From Bilabrum cf. latius (Eukaryota): a DNA stretch of 64,000 nucleotides. Positions 47,431-59,400 of this stretch are shown piece by piece. Location: NCBI GenBank assembly GCA_965178125.1, contig OZ237769.1:434001-498000 (forward strand), read 5' to 3'. The translations under genes and the position numbers were made by a program. The notes below the pieces were generated by a model, which ran no database searches, was not told the origin of the DNA, and saw only the letters and a list, made by a program, of their open reading frames with translations. Within the stretch, counting starts at the first letter, position 1. Every line of letters begins with the position of its first letter.

Positions 47431-49007
47431 ATGGCGACATATCTGTAGCCGCATAGGCTGCTGGCAAGAACACGACCACCTGCGATCGCAGCAGATTTTC
47501 GTATCGAAGGAGGCAAACTTAGGCGCCACCAGATTCGAATACGGGCGCGCTCGTTGGATGTATGAATTGCACTGCTCCATCATCTTTAGATGTTTGACCG
47601 TTTTTTTCTCTTCACGAATATGAGGATGCGTGTTTTTATGGCTCAATTGTATGCAGGAAGTGGATGAAACTGCGCGAGCTGTCAGGCAGCAGGACCCGGA
47701 TGGATTCGGGAAGATGCAGCGGGACTGGGTGAGGCGGAATAAATTGCAGGGCTAGCGCAATCACTGAGCTATAGCTTATAGCACTACCTTATAGGCTATT
47801 GTAACACCCGTCCATGCAGCTTATTAAGGCGATCAGAGCCGCTATTGCCGACGTAGTTGCAGCAGCTCACCCTGCCAAGGACGGCGCACCAATCGATGAG
47901 AACGAGCTGAAGAAGCTGCAGCAAGAGTCGGAGCAAATGGGGGACCTGCAGGTGAGACTAGCGCGGACTGATGTGTATCATTTGTGACTTGCTGGTCAAC
48001 AATCAATTCGGTAGCAGGGGTGGGGTGCTGCCGCTGCTGGTGCATCGCTTGCCCTTTCACCAGCCCGCCTACCTCCCCAATCTCCTATCGCCTTTCGCCT
48101 TTCGCCGCAGCACGTGTCCAGCGCCGCCCTGCAAGTGGCCAAGGCTAAGATGGACGTGGCATACGAGGCCCAGAGGTTGCGACCGGGAGATCCCGGGTAC
48201 GTCTACGACAAGCGGGAAGACTTTGAGCCGCCGACGGAAGAGAACGAGTGGGACGAGGAGGACAGCAGCATTGAGGGGGATGGGGATGAGGATAGGAAAA
48301 AAGATGGGGGGATGGAGGGGTCGGAAGGGGGACGGACACCGGCGGAGGAGGGCGCAGTGCACGCAGGTGCAGTGCGCGTGGCGCCAGCCGCTCTATCTCC
48401 AACAGGGGCCGGGTCGGGGGCTGGGTCCCTGGGGAGCAAAAGCGTGGGCGGCAGCGTGACGGTGGGCCGGACACTGCCACCGTCCACTGTGGGGGCATTT
48501 GGCGCTGGCCTGGGCTAGGCGAGGGGCACCAGCGCTGGTCTCACAGGCGGGAGTATGTCAGGTAGTGGCGGTGTTGGTGGTGCAAGTGGGGGGGCGCTGG
48601 GGCAGGGCGTGGATGTGAGTTTCTCAGATGATGACGAAGCAGAGGAGGCAGGGGCAGTGAGGGAGGGGAGGCAGGGTCCGGGTGCAGGGAACGGTGGTGC
48701 AGGGTCTCGCAGTGGGCTGGGGCTGGGGCTAGGTGCTTCCAGCTCGGGTGCCGGCGGGGGGGCCTTCAGCAGGCGCGGTGTGACGAATGATCGCGCGCCC
48801 GAGACGGCCAAAGCGAGCGCGGGAGGTGAGAGCGGATTTGATTTTGGGGATTCGGAATCGGAAGTGGAGAGCGAGGTGGACGAGGAGGAGGCTGTGGATG
48901 GGGGCATGGAGGTGGGCGGCGAGGGCGGCAGCGGGGCTGGCTTGGGCGCCGGGGGGATGGGAGCCGATGCAGATGATGATGACTTGGATGCAGACGATCT
49001 ATTTTGA
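47431..49007 (+). CDS. CEP19: CEP19-like centriolar/ciliary protein with Gly/acidic tail; exons 47431-47559, 47657-47728, 47820-47951, 48111-49007
   Basis: N-terminal RPPAIAA...GKLRRHQI and C-terminal AKAKMDVAYEAQRLRPGDPGYVYDKREDF...EWD. Three phase-0 introns. TAG at 47446 and 48516. Ends TGA. Confidence 0.8.
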
Positions 49008-49185
49008 TGAAGCAGGCGCTTCGTGCGATGCCCAATCGCTCTAGGGGAGTTCGCTCCGCACTCAACAAGTCAGCTTGGGGCTGGCAGAAGGTTCCATGCT
49101 CGAGTTCCCCGGCGAACTGCAAGTGCGCACATTTTGAGCACCCTGGCTATTCCAAGTTGCATCTAAGGAGCTTTAACGAACCAAA

Positions 49186-50963
49186 ATGTCTTTGAGAGCC
49201 TAGGTATTTAATGGTGTTAAGATTTATGACCTGCAGTCGTAGGCAAAGCTGCCCGAGTTCATATCGGAGCGGCAGAGGAGAAAGCTACTAGCCTCTGATG
49301 AGAATCTTCGCCGGCGAATTGAGCTCGTGCAGGACTTTAAATTCAATACAGCGTCTCACTGTGTTACATTCACGGACGATGGCCAGTACATTGTTGCCGC
49401 TGGCTCGTACCCTCCCCAAGTGAAAGTGTACGACACCGAAGACCTAGCTCTGAAATTTGAGAGACATGTCGATTCGGATATCATTGAGACTATCCCACTG
49501 GAGGACTCGTGGAGAAAGCTTGCATTGCTGCAAGACGACCGATTCCTGGAGTTGCATGCTGCACATGGCCGGCACCTTCGAACGCGTATTCCGAAGCAAG
49601 GTCGGGCCATGGTGTTCAACCGCAGCAGCGCCGAACTGATCGTTGGAAGCTCTTCTAGCGACATTTACAGGCTCTCTCTGCAGTCCGGCCGGTTTATGAA
49701 GCCGTTGGAATCCGAGTCAGAAGCCGTGAACACGCTCGCGTTCTGCCAGCGCACGCAGATCCTGCTGGCAGGCGGGGAGGACGGCGGCCTGGAGGTCTGG
49801 GACAGCAGGAGCAAGAAAGTCGCGGGCCGAATCCAGGTCAGGCCGGATGGTGGGGACGGTTCCGACGGTGAGTTCGATGGCAGTCTTGTAGGCGGTGTGG
49901 CCGAGGCAGCCGGCAAGGGCATCACCGCGCTGGAATGGGCTCCTGATTGCGTTACGTTCGCCACTGGCGACAGCGACGGCCGCGCCCTGGTGTTCGATCT
50001 CAGGTCCACCAAACCGCTCCTGTCCAAGTCGATGCCGGTAAGAAAATTGGAGAATTCTGGCAGTGCCCGATGCCATCATTTTGTTGCCGCCCACCTGTAG
50101 TTTGCGCATACACTGACTTGTTCTTCGCAGAACGGCACACCTGTGAAGAAGCTTCGTTTTCATAGCGACAGGAAACTGTTCGTTGCAGACAGCCATGCGA
50201 TCAAGATTGTCAATAGTAGTACGGTAAGAACAGCAGCCACCCGGCGGAAGCCCAGCTGGAATTTGAAACATCTTACTTTGTGAAGGTGTATGTTATCATG
50301 CATCGAATGGCTACCTTGCCTTCGCAGGGAAAGCACTATACAACCTTCGAAGCCAAGGCTCCGATCAATGACTTAAAATTAGTCAAGGGGTCAGATGGGC
50401 GCGACACAGGCCTAGTTATTGTGGCTGGAGGCCAGCCAGACATGATGACGTACTACATCCCAGAGCTTGGAGCTGCTCCAAAGTGGTGTGGATACGTGGA
50501 CTCTTTGACGGAAGAGCTGGAAGAAGGCCAAGAATCAACAGAAGTGTTTGATGATTATAAGTTCATATCGAAAGAGGATATTGAGAAGCTTGGACTCAGT
50601 AGTTTGGTTGGCTCTCCTGTGCTTCGAGCCTACATGCATGGCTATTTCATTGACTCTAGGTTGTACAAGAAGGTGGCTGCAGCGCTTCCCAGTGAGGCGG
50701 TTAGCAGCAGCAGTACTGTGAGCGAAGACATTGTTGGACGGAAGCGCAAGAAGCGACCCAAACAAAGTAGTTCAAGCGCCAGGCCATCTTCAACCCCATC
50801 CTCTGGAGCTGGTGAATCTTTTGATAGTAGATTTATGGCGGTAGACCCGGCATTTGATATCGATGAAACAGAGGCAGAAACCTTTCATGTGTCTCGCGGA
50901 AGCACGAAGTCAGACGCGAAGAGGAAGACAAAAGCGTTGACGAAGAGGAGAAGACTTGATTGA
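49186..50963 (+). CDS. NOL10: Nucleolar protein 10 / Enp2; exons 49186-50037, 50131-50223, 50328-50963
   Basis: NGVKIYDL...LPEF...RRRIELVQDF, GSYPPQVKVYD, LKFERHVD, YYIPELGAAPKWC...LTEELEE, FDDYKFI, LRAYMHGYFID. TAG at 49201 and 49240. Ends TGA. Confidence 0.93.
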
Positions 50964-52216
50964 TTTAGCGCAGACAGTTCATTTTTTTAATTCATCTTTG
51001 CATCTATATCTATTCATTTTGTATCATTTTCTCCATTTATTCATTTATTTTAATTTGAAGATTGGTGTAGTTCAAGATCGAATGAATACGTTTTGTTTAC
51101 CCATGTGTTAATGATATTTTGACCCAGGCGGGAGCATGAACTTATTTCAGCCGGAAATTAACAAAGTCTGCCACATAATTGTATCGAGGTGATAGTGTTT
51201 ATATGTCAAGCTGAGTAAATTGACCCTAGTTCATGAACTGGTAAAATTGGATAATCTATCAAAGTAATTGTGATTCTTCTATTGGACCGTTTGCAATTTT
51301 TAAATTTTTGTCCTAAACGCTTTCGACTTAAACTCAGGTAGGGTGACGTAAGAGAAGATTTGAGTAGAAGCTTGATAACATTTTATCTGCGATCTGTTGT
51401 TTGAAGACAATTAAAATTACAAAGATCAGACAAATGCCTATGGATACACCTAAAGCTACAATTGTTTTTTTTATGCATTGGGTTCGAAAATGACATTTAA
51501 GATTTAAAGTACGCATTTATAATACTCGTTTGCTTCATGTTTAAATCTAGATTTAGAGTAAGTCCCACTTGCCTGAATGAAGCCTGATTCAGGCAATTAT
51601 TGGTTTATCACTACTTGACAAACAGTTAAACTCTGTATGCTAGAATCTACACCGTAAACCCCTTGACAGAAAGCAACTTGTTACTTTTGTGCTACTCAGA
51701 AAAGCACCCATTGCAATTAGACAGAAAATCGGAACGAATGATTCCATAGAGGATTGACTTCAAACAGCTGAATGACTTCCGCAGAATGCAAAAATTAGTA
51801 AGCATGCGTGAATTATTTCCACAGCATCAGCTAAGCAGTGTGAAAAGTCGTATCGTTACATTCAATCATCATCATCACCTTTGAGATCTGGCATCGGACC
51901 CTCGTTTAAGACTTAATCTGTGTCATCGAGACGGCTCAACGACTGCTGCGAGTGCTGCGGCCTCTGCCGCTTCACCTGCCGCTGCCACTGCTGCTGCTTC
52001 CGCTAAGCAGTGTGTGTGGGATTCGAAATTCACCGAATAGTCATTAGTTGTGTGAACATAGTATTTTCAGACAATTATCGATGGATGACTAAACCATGCA
52101 AATTTTCTGAATAAAATCTGTGAAAGCAGAAAAGAGAAAAATGTTATAATTTTTTGCTTATTGCATAAGTGAAATGTAATGAAAGTTGTCAAGCTACTGG
52201 GATAATTGTACCTATC

Positions 52217-53179
52217 TTAAATTCCTTTCGTTGCAATATTCAAAGCATCTGGCGAGATGAGAAATCTTGGTGCCCCTGAAGGCATCATGGTTTCGACGCA
52301 CGTTGAGTGCTTTGAAGCTGATGAGTGTTGGCATGTGAAGGTGTCATGGCGCATTGAGCCGCAAAGCGCACATCGCTCCTCAGCGTGGACAGTTGAAGCA
52401 GAGCTTGTACAGGTGTCTATCCCGTACCCGACATGCGCAAAAGTACCACCTTTCCGCGATTCGTACCTCTTTGCTTCACGCGCTACTCTTTTCTCTCTAA
52501 AGCAGTTCTATGCACGATGGCCAGAGCCTCCACATATGGCACATGGATCAGGTATGCGGCCGTGTGGGCATTCGCGGAAAATGTGTCCAGGTTCGTCACA
52601 GTTGTAGCATCGGATTGCAGGCTTTCTTTCGTGTCTAGCAAAGTAGTCGGTCGGCTCTTCCGACCGAAGTTTCTTGTGAGCAGGGGCATCGTCCTCCCGA
52701 GCTTCCTCCCGGCGAGAGTCCAATTCATCTAGCCGTATAAAGTCTCCCAAAGCTTTAAGTTCGCCTTTTCCTCCTGCCTCCGTATCATTCACATTGGTAG
52801 ACATATTGCTTTCAATTGCGACCCTTGGTCGCTTCCTCCCTGCTGCCGGTGGGGCGGCTGAACTTGAAGCAGTTGCAGAATCAGAAGCTGCAGCCAAAGA
52901 CGGGGCAGGCACGGAAATACCGGACCCCGCAGAAGGCTTGGAGCTTGATATAATCCCAGCAATTGTGTTTGTGTCAAATGATACGGTCAACTTGCCATTT
53001 TTGCTTGTTTGGCCCTATCCTGCGAGGTTGGTTGCTGTGCTCTGGGACTTGGCTTCAGCCAACTATGCCGGCTGACTTTTCGAGGAAACTGGTCCATAGA
53101 TACCTTGTGACTATTTGCTAAGGCGAGCCTCTTCCTCAGCCTCGTCCTTGCTGCCAAAAAGCCCGATAATAAAGTCCAT
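52217..53179 (-). CDS. CCHC zinc-knuckle protein (Air1/2, ZCCHC7-like)
   Basis: CYNCDEPGHIFREC, CAICGGSGHRA[TAG]NC, CALCGSMRHDTFTC. Four TAG in frame. Ends TAA. Confidence 0.75.
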
Positions 53180-53732
53180 GAGAGTTCTTCAGGAAGTCCT
53201 CCCAGTCTGGCAAAAGTGATTGGCAGCTTAAAGAGCAAGCGGGTCACGGGCAAAAACAAAAGTGTGGATATTCGCTTCGATGGAGCTGGTAGGTTGTGCC
53301 TTCTACGCTTAAATGTCCTTTACAGCTCACACTGGTGACGCCGGACAGCTGCTCGTCACAGCTGCAACAGTCCGGCTGATGAGTTGATTGAAGGCGAACC
53401 TCTGCCCACTCACAAAAACAGGTTGCAACACTACAGACGAACTGTGGATCTAATCAAGCACCTAACTATCGGATGGTTTGGGCTTAGCCCTAGGCATGGG
53501 CGGGCCACCCACAGGCGTCAAAAGCGAGCATGCGTGCGCGAAGCAAGCGCTCCATGCACGCGTATCTCTTCGCCCAGGGGAACCCTACCTGCCAATACAC
53601 CCACCTCACCATTGTAGCACCAGTATCCATCCATCGTGCTCACTCGCGGGCCGAAGCACATCCGCGACCAAAGTGCTCATCCCCCTTCTCCCCTTCCCCG
53701 CCCACACCGGTGCTCCCCTCGACCCTCTCACC

Positions 53733-56171
53733 TCACCCCTGCCACTTGTGGTGCCTGAATTTGTTCGCGGGATTCCATCCCTTGCACACCACCACCCCGG
53801 GCAGCCCCTTGATCCTGAACTTGGCTTCCATGGACCTCCCACCATCCGCCGAGGAGCCTCCCCCCCCCTCTGCCTCGCTCGACCCCACTGCCTTGCGCAC
53901 GCTATCGGGCTGCTCATACTCGACCAGCCCGAACATGCGCTGGTCGTGTACCCACACCCTCACGATGGGCCCGAACTGAGAGAAGTACTCCTCCAGCTGA
54001 GGCACGTGGTCGGGGCTGAGATACAGACCACCCCGACCCACCAGGTTCAGCAGACGGGCGTTGTCGTGGGCGCTTGTTCCCTCGCCCCCAGCCCCCGCGC
54101 CCCCGTCCCCTGACCCGGCCCTGGGCTTGGCCTTCACCTTCGGCCTCACCATCGTGGCGGCGGTTGCAACCGGTGCGGGCTTCTTGGAGGCAGCCATGGC
54201 GGCCGCCTTCCAGGTGCGCTGCCCGCCCCCGCCCCCGCCCCATCCACCCGAAGCAGACGTGGAAGAGGAAGAGGAAGAGGAAGCTGCAGGCGCAGGGGCA
54301 GCCAGTCCGAGGCCCATGCCGGCAGACACGCCGGCCCGCTCCTAGTGCGCGGCGCCGGACCCTACGGAACCTCCCCCCACCGACCCCGCGGCAGACACCA
54401 TGGAGGCGCCTCCTGCCGATGCCTTCCTCGCACTGGCTCCCGCGCCGCTGCCGCCGCTCATGCTACGGGTCTTGCTCTGCACCGCAGTGCCCTGCGCCTG
54501 CTTGCGGGCCTATCCCTGCCCCTGCCCCTGCTGCTGCTGCTGCTGCCGCTGCTGCTTTTGCACCTCCTTGAATGGCTTGATCCCAGCCTTGTTCCCTGGC
54601 TTGCCGCCCGTGGGGGCGGGAGCTCGCGCAGGTGCAGGCGCCGGTGCACCACCGTGCGATGCACCCGACCCTTTCCTCGCGATCGGGCTCCCCACCACCC
54701 GCGCCATGCCCCTCTGGCCTGCCACGGACTGGGGCGCCGGGGTCCCATCGCGGTGTGACGAGTGCGCATGCGCCCCCTGTGCAGCTGCGGATGGCCCATC
54801 GGGACCATCGCTCACGCCTGTGCCAGCTCCAGCTCCAGCTCCAGCGGCTGGGTCAGCGGCCACAGCAGTTGAAGCGGCTAGGGAATCCGTCGTGCCGGCA
54901 GAGACACCCACCGCGCCGATGCCGATGCTGGCCGGCCTACTTGCATATGCAGCATCGTGCGATGCACCTCCAGCCTCCGGAGACGAGCTCAGCAGCCCAC
55001 CCAGCCCCAGCCCCAGGCCACCCGCCCCGCCGTCACCTTCGAAGAGCCCACCCAGGCCCATCCCATCAGGCCCCATACTCAGCAACCCACCGCTATCGTG
55101 CGATGCGCCCGAGCCACTTCCGAGTCCACCGTCACCGCCGCCAGACAAAAAGCTCAGCCCGCCCGCGCCGACACCGACACCGCTACCTCCAGCCCCGACC
55201 CCAGTCACCGTCCCAGTCCCAGTCGCAGGACCTCCCAGCCCCGTGCCTAGGCCCAGAGTTCCACTACTCCCCACTCCACCGGTGGACGCGGCGGGCAGCC
55301 CGCCCACCCCCGCATGCTGTGGCTGCGGCTGCTGCTGATGGCCTCCAGAAAACCCCACTGCCCCGCTCTAGCCCCAGCCACCCGTGGCCCCGGCCCCAGC
55401 ATACCCTGGCGCAGCACCTCCGCCCATGCCCATGCCTGCACCCATGCCCATTCCCACGCTAGCAGCCGGCCTGCTCCCCCCTACACCACCGTTCATTGCA
55501 CCTTGGCCCTGCTAAGTCCAACCACCGCGTTGCTACATGAGTGCCTGCTGCTGCTGCTGCTAGTACCCGCCCCCTCCAGGCCTAGGGACAGCTCCACCGG
55601 CGAATTGGAACCCACCGCCCGCAGGCGGCGCGAAACTACCAGCGGGTGCTGCTCCCGTGCCGCCTGCATACTGGCCATATCCTGCTGCTGGCACACCTGG
55701 CCTGCCTGCTCCAAACCCGCCCGGTGGACCGCCACTGAGTCCGCCACGGTAACCCGGGCCACCAACGCCTCGGCCGTGCGTTCCAGCCGAGAAACCAAGC
55801 CCTTCCTTCTCAATCCCAGAAAGTTCTGGTAAAATGTCTGAACCAGACATACCGGTGCCTATGGGGGCAGCACCAGCCGATGGTAAGCCGCCAAGAACGC
55901 CACCTAAGCTGCGGGTGTCGGCGTCGCTTCTGCCAGCTAGCCCTAATGACGGGCCAGCATGACCACTGGAAGGATTTCTCGCGTACCCTGTCGGCTAAAC
56001 TACACTGGAAGGACCTAACCGCTGCTCAAAACCGCCAGGAGCCCATCCTTGCCCCGCAACGGCAGGCCTGCCGTTTGGCGCCTGTCCAATGGAATGCTAC
56101 GAAAGTCCTCCCGGCGCGATCCTTGGATCACCCCAGCCCTATCCGGGAGGTAAATTATGCTACTAACTCAT
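53733..56171 (-). CDS. Gly/Gln-rich low-complexity protein with C-terminal RRM-like domain
   Basis: Starts ATG AGT TAG TAG CAT and has about 11 TAG in one open frame. LEEYFSQFGPIVRVWVHDQRMFGLVEY is RRM-like. Ends TGA. Confidence 0.72.
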
Positions 56172-56457
56172 ACCACTGTCGTGATATGTCTCAGATGCGA
56201 GAAACAAAGCAAAATCTATACGGAATACTGCTTCGTCCAAGAAACTCAAAAAATCATCATATTGAATGTAACGTACAGTTTCGAACTGGATTTCGGCGTC
56301 CGACCGCAGTGGCAGAGCACCTGCTTATCACTCCATTCTATCTACTATAAAGCGAATATTAAAGCAAGGCTACGCAATTACGGTATATTAACTTCGTATT
56401 TATTGAAGTACCCGTGAAAATATCTGATACTTCCGAGAAATAAGGCCTGCAGAGGCG

Positions 56458-59400
56458 ATGAGCACGTCGGCCAGGTCCGCGAGGGCAACACCAGTAGCAG
56501 GGATTTCGGGCAGGCATCGGAGTACAGAGGCGAGCAGATCAATCAGACTTGGTAAATCGCCTCTGGGATCCAGCCCAACTGCGAATCGATCGAGCCAGTG
56601 CGACTCTATCTCGACAGTTTCACCGGCAAGTCGCGTTTCGAAGCGTACCGAGGCCCGCGCTAGTATTTCAGGCAGCGCTGCGCTAAATGCCATCAAAAGT
56701 CTGTCTAACCGTACATATAGAGTACCTGACAGCTCTATCCCAGGGGACTGCTGCCTGGGTGCGGAATCTGCCGTTGGAACTGCCACACTAGATTCCGTTG
56801 ATGCTGGGCCGGCAAGCGAGAAGAGCCTCGACTCGGAGCAACTGCCAGAGCAAGACGCGATATTGCTTCACATGCTGGTTGGACCTGCCGAACAGAGGCT
56901 GCGTGGAGGACGAGCGGCAAGCGCTCGCAGCTCGGGTCCGTCTGATTCTTCGTGCTCGCCCAACGCAGCTGGAGGTGCTAGCGTCAGGGCATCCTAGCAT
57001 GGCGCGAGGGAGCACTCCCAACAGATATCATCTAGTAAAGCGCGAGCAGTTCGCCGCCTTCGTGGGCGTCCATCTTCCGCGCTGGACTCGACAGGCCATG
57101 AGCTGTACGACGACGATGACGCATTCGAGGAGGGCGAGGAGGAAGAGGAGGATGAGTTGGAGGCCGAAGTACAGTCGAACAGGCCCAGCGCTAATCATGG
57201 CCCGTTGCCGTATGGCCGCCCCGCCGCCATGGGGGCTCTCTCCCTCCTTGCCCTCTCTGTGCCACCCCCGCCGGTGGCTGGGGCTGCTGCCGGGGGGGAA
57301 GCGGAAGAGGAGGAGGAGGAGGATGGAAAGTAGGAAAGGGAATACAGCCCTAGATCAATGGGGCTTATTTCATCTCCGTGCGCACCCTCTGCATCGTAGG
57401 CCGCGGGGAGTGCCATTGCCGGGGCAGTCCTTCCACAGAGCCGAGCCCAGAGGTCCGACGTGCTGGGCTTGATGGATGCAGGCTCGCCTTCGATTCGTCG
57501 ACCAATGCATGAATCATCCGCGGCATGCCAGATCTGCGAGACGGGGATAGAGCTCGGAGCCGTTGACGGGTTGCACGACGTTGGCTCCTCCTCGTCGTCC
57601 TCATCCTCCTGCCCATCCGACGGGGAGGAGGGGGACCAAGGGTAGGAGGAGGATAAGGAGAACGGGGGCGTCGAGGCGGAGTCCTCTGGGGGCAGGGTGC
57701 TAGGCATGGAGGACCCGTTGGAACTCGACTTCCACAGCGGCCATGCATAGACATCGGACGGCCAGGAGCAGAGACAGGAGCCAGGCAAGTCGCCCACTCC
57801 CACTGCAGCAAGCAACGCCCCCCTCGCCGGGTCAGGCCCCGGCCTTGCATTGGCTGACAGGCATCGAAGGAGGCGCCGCAGACGCAGGCGGACCGCTAGC
57901 AAGGCACCGACCAAGGCGGTAGGCAGCGCTCAGGGGAAGCCTGCGGCAGCTAGCACACCCATGGCCATGGCCTCGAAAGTGTAGACTGCTGCGGGCAACC
58001 GGAGCTGGAGCCCCAGCCTGGGCTCAAGCGTGCCTGCCCGCCTGCAGAGGGCCCGCTGGATCAGGGAGCGGGGCAAGCAGCAGGACCTGGAGCCCATGAT
58101 GAGGCAGCTGATGCGACCCGAGTCGGGCGCTCTGGCTGGGAGCAGGGCCGGTGCACGGGGGGGCATCATCCCCGGCGTGCAGGTGCGCCCGGTGCACAGC
58201 GTCCAGGGGCTAGCGGGTAGCGCAGGGCGGGCCTTGTCTCTGCTGACGCTGCCGCTGTTGGTCAGCCTGGGGACGACCCTTGAGGCAGCAGACGGGTCGC
58301 GAGGCAAGCGGAGATCACGTGGTAGGTTTATGTCGTGGAGCGAGCCGGCGCTGATGCACATCATGGGCCATTCCTAGGACGAAGATGAAGACGAAGATGA
58401 AGCCCTACTGGCATTCCTGCGGGTGCAGCCTAGGCACGTTGTGGGCGGGCCCGGGTGCGGGGTGGCTGCAGCGCTGGCGGGCCGGGGGCCCCTGTTTGAA
58501 GGTGCCACGGAGCACGGCGGCAGCAGCCCCAGTAGATCGTTTGCTATCAAGACGCAGACTAAGACTAAGACGAAGGGCAGCGGCAGGAACAGGCGGCGCA
58601 AGCGGGGAGCGGGCACGAGGGCAGCCGAAGCATCGCGCTCTTCCCCCCTCTCCACTAGCGCGCAGGTGCGCAGCTCCGCCCTGAGGCAGACGGATGGGCT
58701 CGACCTGGAGGCAGGCGTGCAGTGGAAGCGGGAGATTCAGGTAACCGAGCCCGGGCTGTACCTGGTGGCATGGCGCCCCAGCGCGCGGGAGTCCCCCAGT
58801 GGGGTGGGTCTCTTGGCTGCCACATCATTCACTGAGAGCCGCGCCATGCAGAGGCGGAGGCCTGCCTCCAACGCCGCGTTTGGAGGTTCCGCACGATTGC
58901 GCGGCGCCACCACCTCTGACGTGGTGGAGGCAGTCACGGACTGCCTCGGGGTCCTGCCGCGCCACCTAAGGGGTGGGGAGGGGTAGGCGCTGCTGGAGCA
59001 CCTGGAGGCCCTGGTCATGNNNNNNNNNNNNNNNNNNNNNNNNNNNNNNNNNNNNNNNNNNNNNNNNNNNNNNNNNNNNNNNNNNNNNNNNNNNNNNNNN
59101 NNNNNNNNNNNNNNNNNNNNNNNNNNNNNNNNNNNNNNNNNNNNNNNNNNNNNNNNNNNNNNNNNNNNNNNNNNNNNNNNNNNNNNNNNNNNNNNNNNNN
59201 NNNNNNNNNNNNNNNNNNNGAGGAGGAGGAAAAGGGCATATTTGCGGTGCAGGTGGACTAGCCCGAGACTCAGGCCCCCTTTGATGTGCAGGCTGCCCTG
59301 GAGGCACCTGAGGCTGTGACCAGCGCCATGCAGCGAGACCTGCAATCTGCTGCCCGAGGCATAGGAACAGCGGGAGCGGCCTCTCCTCCACCTCCTTCTC

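Noticed and set aside
52508-52620. Retrotransposon Gag zinc knuckle
   Set aside because: No protease, RT, integrase or LTRs nearby. The three spaced knuckles fit a cellular Air/ZCCHC-type protein.
59020-59219. Frameshift in the large gene
   Set aside because: The frame change coincides with an arbitrary-length N gap.
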